Source: Podarcis muralis
Taxonomy: Eukaryota
DNA: 64,000 bases
Direction of reading: 5' to 3'
Assembly: GCF_964188315.1 (NCBI RefSeq)
Contig: NC_135656.1
Location: 81,406,001-81,470,000, forward strand
Shown piece after piece: positions 12,910 to 23,356 of this stretch. The translations under genes were made by a program, and so were the position numbers. The notes beneath the pieces were generated by a model. That model was given only the letters and a program-made list of their open reading frames with translations, did not search any database and was not told the origin of the DNA. Position 1 is the stretch's first letter; each line of letters opens with the position of its first letter.

Positions 12910-13465
12910 TGTCAGGGACTGGCAGGACTCCAAAGAGTGTGAGGCAAGAGAGGGGAGCAATGGTTTATGGGGTTTGACACTGCTTGCAAGGCAGGAGCCA
13001 GGGGAGGGGGGAGAGTCACAGCGGTCTGTATTGGAGGAAGGTGTGCCAAATGTGACAAAAAAAGAGGCTGCTTAGTTGAAAGATAGACAGTAGATTCCCC
13101 ACTTTCCCCCACCCCACTGTCTCCTACAACCAAGAAGGGCTGGAAGCAGAAAAGAGCAGCAGTGATCACCATGCAGGAGAAATCTCAGGTTATGGGTGTG
13201 CAACCCGTCAGTTGAGGGTATATAAAACGGCAGAGGGGTGGGATCCCACTGTTGCTGCAACTACTCCACAGTGCCTAGAAGCTAGAATTGTGTGTATACG
13301 TGTATCCAGAACACTGTGGAAGCTGTGGTAAGGGCTTTTCTTGTCAATAAAGCTGGGTAGGGCCAGGACAATTATTCACAACCCCCCATGGCCATTTCCT
13401 GATGTAGATGTGGTTGCAGCTGATCAGGGGGACCGGACCCCTGTTCTTTTCATGTGCCGTTAACA
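12910..13465 (+). mobile_element. Solo LTR
   Basis: tgtca...ttaaca ends, TATATAAAA at 13219, AATAAA at 13346; first 13 nt match the LTR at 43241 at 12 positions; no clear TSD. Confidence 0.7.
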
Positions 13466-13809
13466 GCAGCTTGATCTGCAGAAAGCTTTTCAGGGCACGG
13501 AGGAGAAATTGCTGGCTAATGTCCACAGATCAAACTGCTCTTAAAGGAGTGGGGCTACTAAAGAGGTTGGCAACCCAATATGGAGTTGAACTACGCCACA
13601 CCTACCAATGGAATCAGGATGACGATGAGGAGGAGGAGGAGATTAAATTTGTATACCACCCTTCATCTGTAAATCCCAGGGTGGTTCACAGCATAAAAAT
13701 ATGATCAGGATCTTGCCAAAAACGTTTCACCAGGATAGATCAAAAGAGGTAACATTCTTAAAACATCAGTTACATAGAACAGGGAGATTTGCTATGGAAT
13801 TCTTGAATA

Positions 13810-14040
13810 CAGTGGTACCTCAGGTTAAGAACTTAATTCGTTCTGGAGGTCCGTTCTTAACCTGAAACCGTTCTTAACCTGAGGTACCACTTTAGCTAAT
13901 GGGGCCTCCCGCTGCTGCCGTGCGATTTCTGTTCTCATCCTGAAGCAAAGTTCTTAACCCAAGGTACTATTTCTGGGTTAGCGGAGTCTGTAACCTGAAG
14001 CACCTGTAACCCGAAGCGTCTGTAACCCGAGGTACCACTG
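13810..14040. mobile_element. Tigger-like MITE, 231 bp
   Basis: TIRs cagtggtacctc / gaggtaccactg with TA on both sides. Confidence 0.9.
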
Positions 14041-14959
14041 TACTACAAAATTCATAAAATTCCAAGCATTCAGCAACCAATCCATTAATGATTATAGCTC
14101 TTTGTGTGATATTTGTGGACATTTGGGAACGAAGTATCCTGTTAAGAAGAAGTCATTTGAAGAGGCTAGGTGCTTAGGAGTTGCTAATGTTCAAGATCCA
14201 TGACAACTGAGTAAAACTATTCTCTGAATTTAGCAGTCAAGCATCTTGCATTCCAGACACTCTTCACAATCTGCTGAAGGGATTCCAGTAGTCAGGATGA
14301 AAACACAAGACAAAATAAAGTCAAATATAAATTGTTTCTGTTGCTTTTGGACAGGTTTGTCTGGAAACGGGGCCAGCGTCTGATTTTATTCCAACATCCA
14401 AGCAATGAAGAGAACCTTTACACTCGGCAAACAAAAAACTCAAATGCTACTTTGGCATTCTTTTTTCGTATCCTGTTACACTGTGAGCATGTGTTGTGTT
14501 GGCTTCTGTGGACAAAGCAGATAGGGCAGATTTTTAAACTGGAACTTTCTGCAAGCGCCAAAGGCATATTTTTGTCAACGATAACTTTTAAAAATAGTGC
14601 TGTAGGGTCTGTTTATACTGAGTGTATGTTTTTCTCCTACAAAAATCTGCTGCTTAAAAAATGCAATTCTGTTATCAGAATCAACCAGCTGCTAACCACA
14701 GAAACAAGGGAAAGTTATGAGAAGGACCCATTGTCTAACTTTCTCTTATCTCCAGGGCTGCAAACAAGGTTGTGTGCCCATTTCAATTTGAAGACAGTTA
14801 AGGAGACAGTTTCCTGCCCCCTTGGTAGAATCAGCCCTTCCTGGGATCTAAATATCACACAACCCTGCCAGAAGCCTCTGCCACCCCAGTTTTATGGCTG
14901 AAATCATCTGTGAAATCCACTTCCTTCCTAGACACATTGGAAGTTTCCAATGCTTGCAT

Positions 14960-15065
14960 TCAAGTAAGTTTCATAGAGTAGACGCATTGAAATTAATGAA
15001 CATGACTAAGTTTGTTCCATTGATTTCAGTGGGTCCACCTGAAGAAAATGTAGTGGAATACCACC
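14960..15065. mobile_element. Palindromic MITE copy (degenerate)
   Basis: agagtagacgcattgaaattaatg...cattgatttcagtgggtccac, same family as 534-651. Confidence 0.55.
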
Positions 15066-15749
15066 CCAAGTAATTCAGGTCTATGGTGGTTGACTTGATT
15101 TGGACCAGACAACCTTGATCATCTGTTTCAGATGTTGCAATATGATACCTGACAGAATCATTATAGAGCTTTCCATTTTCTCTTGCACTTCCTCTGTGCA
15201 TGTACACTCTCTGGGAATATGATACTGGTAACGTTAAGGTAAGCTGGACTGCATGATTACAGTAGCTATAGGGAATTAACATAGCTTTCATAGGAGGATT
15301 CAGAAACCAGTTGTGATCCATTCAAAACAAATTATCTTGTCTCAGTTCAAGAGTGCCAACCAGGAACTCCATGTGGTACAAGGCAGTGGGAGACAATTTC
15401 ATTAATACATATTAATTCTGCAAAGCTCTTAAAGACTTGTTTCTTTGTTCTAATGCTGGGCTGTTTATTTTTAAGGCTTATTGTTGCAGCAGGGTTACTT
15501 TGAAACAATGCCATTGGCTCCCAGGGGTATCCTTATTCAAGTTCACTCAAGTAGGATGTAATGAGAAACATTTTTTGTCTTTCCTATTACAAAATAGATC
15601 TATTTTCTTGTTAAGAAGCTGGCGCTCAAATGATTAAGACTACTTAATCCCACCTAGAATAGAAACTGCACCACCCCAAAACGTCTGCTTTAAATGACAG
15701 AACAAAAGGCAGAACAGAATGTGGCAGCCTTGAACTCAAAGGCTTAGAA

Positions 15750-15883
15750 CATGGGTCGACAACATGGTAGCCGTCAGATGTTGTTAGGTCACAACTTCCA
15801 TCAGCCCAGCCAACATGGCCAGATGTCAACGATGGTGGGAGTTGTAACCCAACATCTGGAGGGCACCAAACTGGTTATCCCTG
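15750..15883. mobile_element. hAT-like MITE (degenerate)
   Basis: Family core ..catcagcccagcc..gggagttgta..caacatctggagggc; near-TSD (c/t)ttagaac. Confidence 0.6.
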
Positions 15884-16167
15884 TTTAGAACTCAGGGTGG
15901 GATGGGGGAATCATAGTTCAGTCCATTCATGTTTGGTGGGTGGGTGGCATTTGACAACACATTTTCTCTCTCAAATCTTTATTGCATTGAAAATAATGCC
16001 ACCCAGCAGGCGCCAAGATCTTTCTCTTAAAGAAGGCGGCTGAAGGAAGGAATCCATTGAGGAAAGAGATTGTGGTGGCGGTGAAAACTACAACACGTTA
16101 AAAAAACCAAAATACTCACTTTGGATATTTAAGATTAAAGTGCAAAACAATAACAAAAGCTCAATAA

Positions 16168-16332
16168 TTCCTTCCAGTAGCACCTTAGAGACCACCTTAG
16201 AGACCACAAGTGTGCATGCACAGGGAAGCTCATACAAATAACAAACTTCGTTGGTCTCTAAGGTGCGACTGGAAGGAATTTTTTTATTTTGTTTCAACTA
16301 CAGCAGTCCAACACGGCTACCTACCTGTAACT
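16168..16332 (+). mobile_element. Penelope-like element terminus with short inverted tail
   Basis: ttccagtagcaccttagagacca is inverted relative to tggtctctaaggtgcgactggaa; ends aacacggctacctacctgtaact; 13-bp TSD aaaagc(t/g)caataa; same family as 25994. Confidence 0.75.
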
Positions 16333-16397
16333 AAAAGCGCAATAAGAACATGTGTGTGCATGTAAAAAAGAATGAAAGCGATGCTATCAGTATAGAT

Positions 16398-16533
16398 CAG
16401 GCTTCCTCAAACTTGGCCTTTCTGATGTTTTGAGACTACAATTCCCAGCACCCCTGACCACTGGCCCTGCTAGCTAGGGGTCATGGGAGTTGTAGGCCAA
16501 AAACATCTGGAGGGCCGAGTTTGAAGAAGCCTG
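16398..16533. mobile_element. hAT MITE, 136 bp
   Basis: TIRs caggcttcctcaaact / agtttgaagaagcctg; perfect 8-bp TSD gtatagat. Confidence 0.9.
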
Positions 16534-17230
16534 GTATAGATCACCCAACCTATGAAACACAGAATGACTTGTGCCTTTGTCATGCATACCTAGCACAAAG
16601 GCCTGCCTCACTGTCTATATCACCAAAGTACTTCCATGTTACAGAACCAGTAAGCAGACTGGAGAAAGAGTTGCTGCTGAGGATTGATCACATGGTCCGA
16701 AACAAGTGACAGGCGATGCCCTGCTTGCCAACTACACACCCAAGAGGCAGCATAGGGATGGTTTTAAAGTAAATATTCCAGCCTGCCATTTCCCGTAAGA
16801 AGGCTAGAAATCTCAACTGTGAGTAGAGTTGCTGACATGGCGAGCTTGAGCCTCCTGCTTTATGCGCTTACAAGTCGATGTGCAGAAGCAATGACGGTTG
16901 TGCGATCGAATCCACCCTTTTCAAAAACAGAACAACTTCCCCATTGACGGGGGAAATGGAACCAACGAAAGGTTCCATTGCAGAAGTTCAAGCCTTGTAA
17001 CAAGAATCAGAACCCGATTCTCTCAAGCAGATCTGCTAGCAAGGGATTCCACCGTCTGGTTTGCAATGGCAGGCAGGGTTGCCTACCCATGAATGCACAC
17101 CCCAATAGTGTCATTCAAGTGGCACACTGTGTCCAGACATTATCAGAACTTTTAGGGGGGAAGTGCACACCTCTTTAACTATCTATGGCTTCTCATCATG
17201 CTGGCTACACGTGATCGCTAGGATCAGAAG

Positions 17231-17733
17231 CATAGCTGTCAACTTACAGATTTGAAAATAAGGGACCAGCAGCCTCGAAAATACGGGATCAGCAGCCAAA
17301 ATAAGGGATTTTCTGGGCACAGGTATGTTCGACTTCTGAGCCCCTCCGAGCCAAAGGCAGAAAGCCCAGCCAGCAGCCAAACGAAGCCTCAAGTGGTGGT
17401 TCCTACATCACAGCAACCCGGCAAAGGGGATGCAGCAAGGAAAACCACCATCACAAAGGCGAGTCCCCAGGCAACACGGCCAATTTGATCGGCACAAGGC
17501 ATGCAAGCTCCACCCCCTAGTCGTTCTTAGACTCCTTATTGGGTGAGCAACGCAGCCAAGCAACACAGTTGGAGACTTTCTTTTTCCTGGCCGGCCGGCA
17601 GGCAGGGAAGGAGAGGAGCTGCTTCCTTTGAAACCCGGGAAATTTAAGGGACATCATCAATAAGGGACAGCAGCAGGACACAGCTCTGGGATAAGGGAGT
17701 TTCCCGCCAAATAAGGGATGGTTGACAGCTATG
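17231..17733. mobile_element. Non-autonomous DNA transposon, 503 bp
   Basis: Perfect 13-bp TIR catagctgtcaac / gttgacagctatg; subterminal ATAAGGGA repeats at both ends. Confidence 0.85.
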
Positions 17734-20310
17734 ATATGATCAGAAGTTGGCATCTGGTCAGCCACTATGGGACAGAGGCTGTGGAACTGGATAGGCCTTT
17801 GGTGTGTTCCAGCGGGACGTTTCTTATGTTCTAATGTTCTTCCCACCCTTATAAGTGATTCTGTCCAAGGTGTGGTTTGGATTTCGCCAGCTTTTTCTGG
17901 AATATATCCAGAGGGGAAACAGCCAGTGCAGACACACCCTAAAGGAAGCTGGCATTCCCTAATGGGAAGGGCCTAGGAAGGACAAGGCATGACAACAAGA
18001 GCATGATCGCTGAAGAGGGATTTGGAAATTCAAGAAGGGAAAAAAGAAAACACAAATGGAAAATTTAAGACAAAGTGGCAAGTGGCCAAGAAAGAATCAG
18101 ACAAAACATTTCTGAAAAAGAACAAGGTTGCATGGAAGAAAAATGTCTGTTGCTCTAATCATCATAGGGACTGTAACACCATATGCAACAGGAAATTGAA
18201 CCATGGCACTCAACTGTCTTATTTTCCCTTTGATTTTAAATGTTCTGTGGAACCATCCTTAGACCACAGATTATTATTTTTGAACAGGAAGAAGAATTGA
18301 GACATTGTATTGAGGAATCAGCCCCTCTTTTTACAATGTACTGTGAGATTAAAAGTCAATTGGGGAGAGGTCCCTTTAAGCATTACCCTGGACGTGTAGG
18401 AGCAACATTTCCTAAAAGGCTAGTGACATTTAAATGGTCCAACCATGTGGGCCAATTTGCATTGGCCACAATTACTAAACAGGACCCAGGGAAGGGGACT
18501 GATTCAGTGGAAAGAGCTATAGCAATCAGTTACGACTCGTGCAGTTGGGTCATTTAAATGTTACCCCGGCCATGTAGAAGCCACTCATGGAAAAGTGGCG
18601 TGCGTATGCCTATGGTAATGTATAAGTTCCTCTCAGAGATCTACAGCCAAACCAAATTCTAATGAAAAAATGCACATTCTGTGTTATCAACAGGCTTTCT
18701 TCTATTTACCAGGAAACAAGGAATAGAGGAGAAATTTGTTTGAAAGAATGAGGAAATGCCATCTTATGTGTACAGCAAGACCCCTTACCACTCAAACATC
18801 CTGAATTCTGTGATTGCGAATGCTCCAAATGAATACCAACATTACTTCTTTGCTCCTAATATAAGAAAAATTCACAAAATATACTCAGTGAAGTTGTACC
18901 TGCTTTCCCATAGGTACAGGAATGTTACTTTATATAGGTTCCTTAAGAGTAGATGAATTTAAAGGACAAACATATTTCTGCAGTAGCTCAGGCAAAATAT
19001 TCCTTTCCTCTACAGCAATCCAATGGAACACATTTTGTTTAACAGAAGGAAAGCATACCAGCGTATGGTCAGAGCTTAATTATCTAAGCATTTACACAAT
19101 TTTAATGAATAGCTCCAGCAATTTTGCACATAAATATCTGACCCTAGGGTTGTTGTAATTTATAGAGTTTCCACTTATGGAAAGTATTCTAGCATTTTCT
19201 GCATGACCTCTATATACTGCTTCTGAACTTCAACTGGGTGTTCCCTTTGTTGCTAGTTCATCCGTTTTCACTTTTTCCATTTTCTTGAAATATGCTCACC
19301 GTATCTGGAACTGGCCCTCCAAAATGATCTAAGGAGTCTGAAATCCTAAAGATTCTTCCTAGGAAAATACGTTTTATGAATGAAACTCAGTGCGACCTCT
19401 GAATGAACAATGTGGAGTGTGCTGTATAGCATGGGAAAATGCAGAATAGGTAGAGATTTTCATTTATTTCACAAGTACGACTCATTGTTAAAACCGTGTT
19501 TATGGAAGACAATCTTACTCGGCTATGCCAAAGAAGAAGAAGATGCTATCAGAAGTCAAGAACTTTACAAAAAAACCAACCCCAAATTAAGCAATGTTCA
19601 GCCCAACTAATTTCTATAGAAGACTTTAAGTGTATGCTTAAATATTCACCACTCTATATTAGTGGGAGATTTCAGCAACTGAAATAAGAGCTCGGTCAAA
19701 TTTTGAGGGGTTTTGTCTTGCGTGTTAGAATTTTCATGTTCTGTGTGAGAGAGCTTTTCCTGAATGGCTAAGCAAATGGCACAAACATCAAAAGAAATTT
19801 TCCGTTGTTCCCCCGAGTCCTGGACACCAACTACAGCTCAGATACAACTATGTCAAAGACCCTCCTGTTTAAATTAACAGTAATTAAATTTAACAGTAAT
19901 TAAATTTAAATTAAATTAATGTTTAAATTAACCATGCGGCCCCATGCTGGGCTGTGGGGCAACACGCAAAGAAGCTCACAGGCTTTGAGTGCAAGGGAAC
20001 TATGCAATGTTTCAGTTTTCTGGCAAAGTTTGGGAAAACTCCTAAATCCAACTAAGCGAAGCCTTAGGCAAGCTCTTTACAGACTCTCTGTAAGCCCTCT
20101 TCCTTGGCCTATTTGCTTGGCAATGACCCCACTCCCCAGACCTCCTACAGTCAAATGGGTGGGGCAAGTTTAGAGAGAGAACATTAAAGGATTCTGTAGA
20201 CCTTATTTTGTCAGAGATAATTCCTAAGCATGATGAGACCTCAGGAACTGAACGGCTCCCTGGCTGCAAATTCTTTCCTTAACTGTGTCTTGTGGGACCA
20301 CACTGTTCCA

Positions 20311-20512
20311 ATTTATTTATTTTTTTTACTTATTACATTTATATCCCACTTTTCCTCCCAGTTAAGTCAAGGTGGCATATATGGTTCTCTTCCTCCAGGT
20401 TAGGGCTAAGAGACTGACTGGTCCAAACTGACCTAGTGAGCTTCGTGGTTGAGCAAAGATCTGAGTCCTCTTCTCCTAAGTCCTAGTCTAACACTCTAAC
20501 CATTACACCACA
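20311..20512 (-). mobile_element. Degenerate MIR/Squam3-like SINE
   Basis: Minus 5' end tgtggtgtaatggttagagtgttagactaggac; 3' end gggatataaatgtaataa; homologous to 756-1009. Confidence 0.7.
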
Positions 20513-21324
20513 TTTGAATTATTGTATGTCGTGTGTGTCCAGGACATGCACATATTTTTTTTAAGAGAAATTCAACCTACTGAAATTTATATAGATGGGC
20601 CACTCAAACAGGGTGGTCCTTTTTGACAGTAATAAAAATGAAACTGAAATGAGATTGTTTTGATTTGGCTCCATTTGAAATCAACTAGACTTGAAGGTGC
20701 CTTTTCTTTCTTTAAAAAAGGACTGTTTCCAGGGTCTTTTGTCAATTTCCTCAACTGATCTTAAAAATGATATAATTAAGCATGTGCCTTTTTTGGTATT
20801 CTCACACTTTCTTTTAAAAGTAAATAGTTTTTATAGATCCTTCCAACAAATTTTGACCCTTCTGAAAATGCCAAGCCTTGAAATGTGCTAATGACTAATG
20901 TCAATGTTTGGGGGGTTATGGAAATTCTTACTGAATTAAAGCTATGCCAAAAATATGTTTGCATTGTCTAAACCAGTATATAAATTATGTTACCCAGAAC
21001 CTTGTCATATTAACATTTTAATTAAAAAACTACTATATACCGGTTATGAACAAAGTGCAACACGCGTCTTCTTTAATTCTGAACCAGAGTAATATGCTGA
21101 TCATCTTCGTAATCAGAATATTTTAAAACAAAACACCAAGTGTGCTTTAATTAATATTGGGAAGGTTAAAAAGAAATTAGGGAGAAAAAGAGGTTAGAAA
21201 AGCTAATGATTATTTGATCAAATACCATAAATGTTAAAAAGACAATATTTATTTGATAAGGTCTGGTTTGGAAATGAATCAAGGAACAAAAGTAGTAGCT
21301 ATGAATGAATAAGCGATAGTGATA

Positions 21325-21578
21325 CCGTGGTACCTCTGGATGCGAATGGGATCCATTCCGGAGCCCCGTTTGCATCCTGAGTAGAACGTAACACGTGACT
21401 GTGCATCTGCGCATCTGCGGGTCGCATTTCACCGCTTCCGCTCATGACGTCATTTTGAGTGTCTGCGCATGCGCGAACGGCGAAACCCAGAAGTAACGCA
21501 CTCCATTACTTCCAGGTCGCCGCGGAGTGTAACCTGAAAACGCCCAAACTGAAGCATATTTAACCCGAGATATGACTG
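21325..21578. mobile_element. Tigger-like MITE with degenerate ends, ~254 bp
   Basis: ta-ccgtggtacctc ... cccgagatatgactg; CpG-rich interior. Confidence 0.7.
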
Positions 21579-21580
21579 TC

Positions 21581-21625
21581 TAGCTATAGATACAACTATA
21601 GCTATAGCTATAGACATAGCTATAT
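21581..21625. repeat. (TAGCTA)n-like microsatellite
   Basis: tagctatagatacaactatagctatagctatagacatagctata. Confidence 0.8.
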
Positions 21626-22219
21626 CCCCCTCCACAAACAGCTTTGACAAAAACACAATATGTAAAAACGGAAAATGAAGAAAAGGCTCCAAGAATGTTT
21701 TCTCTTTTTTTAAGTAGAAAGAATTTCTCCGTTCTTAGATAGAAGATGGAAGCCCTCCCTTCTAAACAATTAATCTTGTTTGACGAAGAAAGAGTGGAAT
21801 GAGGGGTGTCCAAAGACACAGTAGTCAGCCAAAGATATGTTTGCTTAACTTTTATTTGTCTCAGAGCCAATGTAAAACACGCTATAGTGCTAATATGAGT
21901 TCTTTCAAAATATGTTTCCGCTCTTTAGGGAATATAGCAGAGGAGGATTGTTTAGTTCAAAAGGGAGGATTACAACGTCTCGTATTATTCTTCTTCATTA
22001 CAATAGCAGCAAGAGAACAGAGTTTCTTATGGGCTCTTCTTGTGTTTAGTGCTGCAAGAAGCTGTTCTCACCCCCCCCCCGCCCCCAGCCAGGAACATAT
22101 TAATTCAAAGAGACAGAGGAAGTGAAGGATAGAAAGGAATATATGGGAAAATAATAGCTTGAGTGCCACATTAGACTCTGGACTTTAAAAGTAAGAAGTC
22201 AAGAATATACCGGTAACTA

Positions 22220-23356
22220 CAGTGGTGCCTCGCAAGACGAAATTAATTCGTTCCGCAAGTCTCTTCGTCTTGCGGTTTTTTCGTCTTGCGATGCACGGTT
22301 TCCCATAGGAATGCATTGAAAATCAATTAATGCGTTCCTAGGGAAACCGCCTTCAGACCAGGTCCGGGGACAGTCTGTCCCCCGACCTCTTCTGAAGGCT
22401 GGGGGGGGGGGGACAAGGGCTTTTCTTCCCACTGCCAGCCTTCAGAAGGCTGTTCTGAAGGCTGGCGGTGGGAAGAAAAGCCCTTCTTCCCACCTCCCGC
22501 CCCGCAAGCTCCGGGGACAGGAGGGCTTTGCTGCCGACCGCCAGCATTTTAAAAGCCCCTGCTGTCCCGGGGCGATTTTAAAATGCTGGCGGGCGGGAGC
22601 GAAGTCTCCGCTGCCCCGAGGAGATTTTAAAATGCTGGGGGTCGGCAGCGAACGCTTCGCTCCCGCCCGCCAGCATTTTAAGATCGCCCGGGGCAGCGGA
22701 GAAGTCTCCGCTGTCCCAGGAAGGCAGGCGGGGGGAGCAAAGACTTTTGCCCCCGCCTGCCTTCAGAAGAGGTCCAGGACCTCGTTCCGATGCCCGGCGG
22801 CGGGGTGAGAGGTTCCCGCCCCCCCCGCCCCGCTTCGGGGCAGCGTTCCGAAGCGGGGCGGCTGGGGCAGGTGTTCCCGCCCCCCCGCCCCGCTTCGGAG
22901 CAGCGTTCCGAAGCGGGGCGGCGGGGGCAGGTGTTCCCGCTGCCCCCGGACCTCTTTTGAAGCAAGGGGCTGCGGGGAGATCGCTTTTCCCCGCAAACCC
23001 TTGCTTCAAAAGAGGTCCGGGGGCAGCGCGAAGCGCTTCCCGCTGTCCCCGGACCTCTTTTGAAGGAAGGGGAGGTGGGGAGAAGCGATCTCCCCGGAGC
23101 CCCTTGCTTCAAAAGAGGTCCGGGGGCAGCGGGAAGCGCTTCCCGCTGTCCCCGGACCTGGGGCTGCGGGGAGAAGATCGCTTCTCCCCGCCGCCCCTTG
23201 CTTCAAAAGAGAAGACCCGCTGTCCCCTGGGCAAGCTTCGTTTTGCGAAGCAAGCCCATAGGGAAATTCGTCTTGCGAGGCAACTCGAAAACGAAAAAAC
23301 CTTTCGTTTTGCGAGTTTTTCGTCTCGCGAGGCGTTCGTCTTGCGGGGTACCACTG
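22220..23356. mobile_element. Tigger-like MITE, 1137 bp, with GC-rich internal hairpin array
   Basis: TIRs cagtggtgcctcgcaagacgaa / ttcgtcttgcggggtaccactg, TA TSD; internal 60-bp and ~103-bp palindromic units. Confidence 0.9.

Noticed and set aside
14446-14505. Calpain-like HAHSVTG motif in a minus-strand candidate exon
   Set aside because: There is an in-frame stop a few codons later, no surrounding calpain similarity and no other calpain exons.
22813-23215. CRISPR-like array of palindromic repeats
   Set aside because: The context is eukaryotic, there are no unique spacers and no cas genes, and the units are contiguous tandem hairpins.
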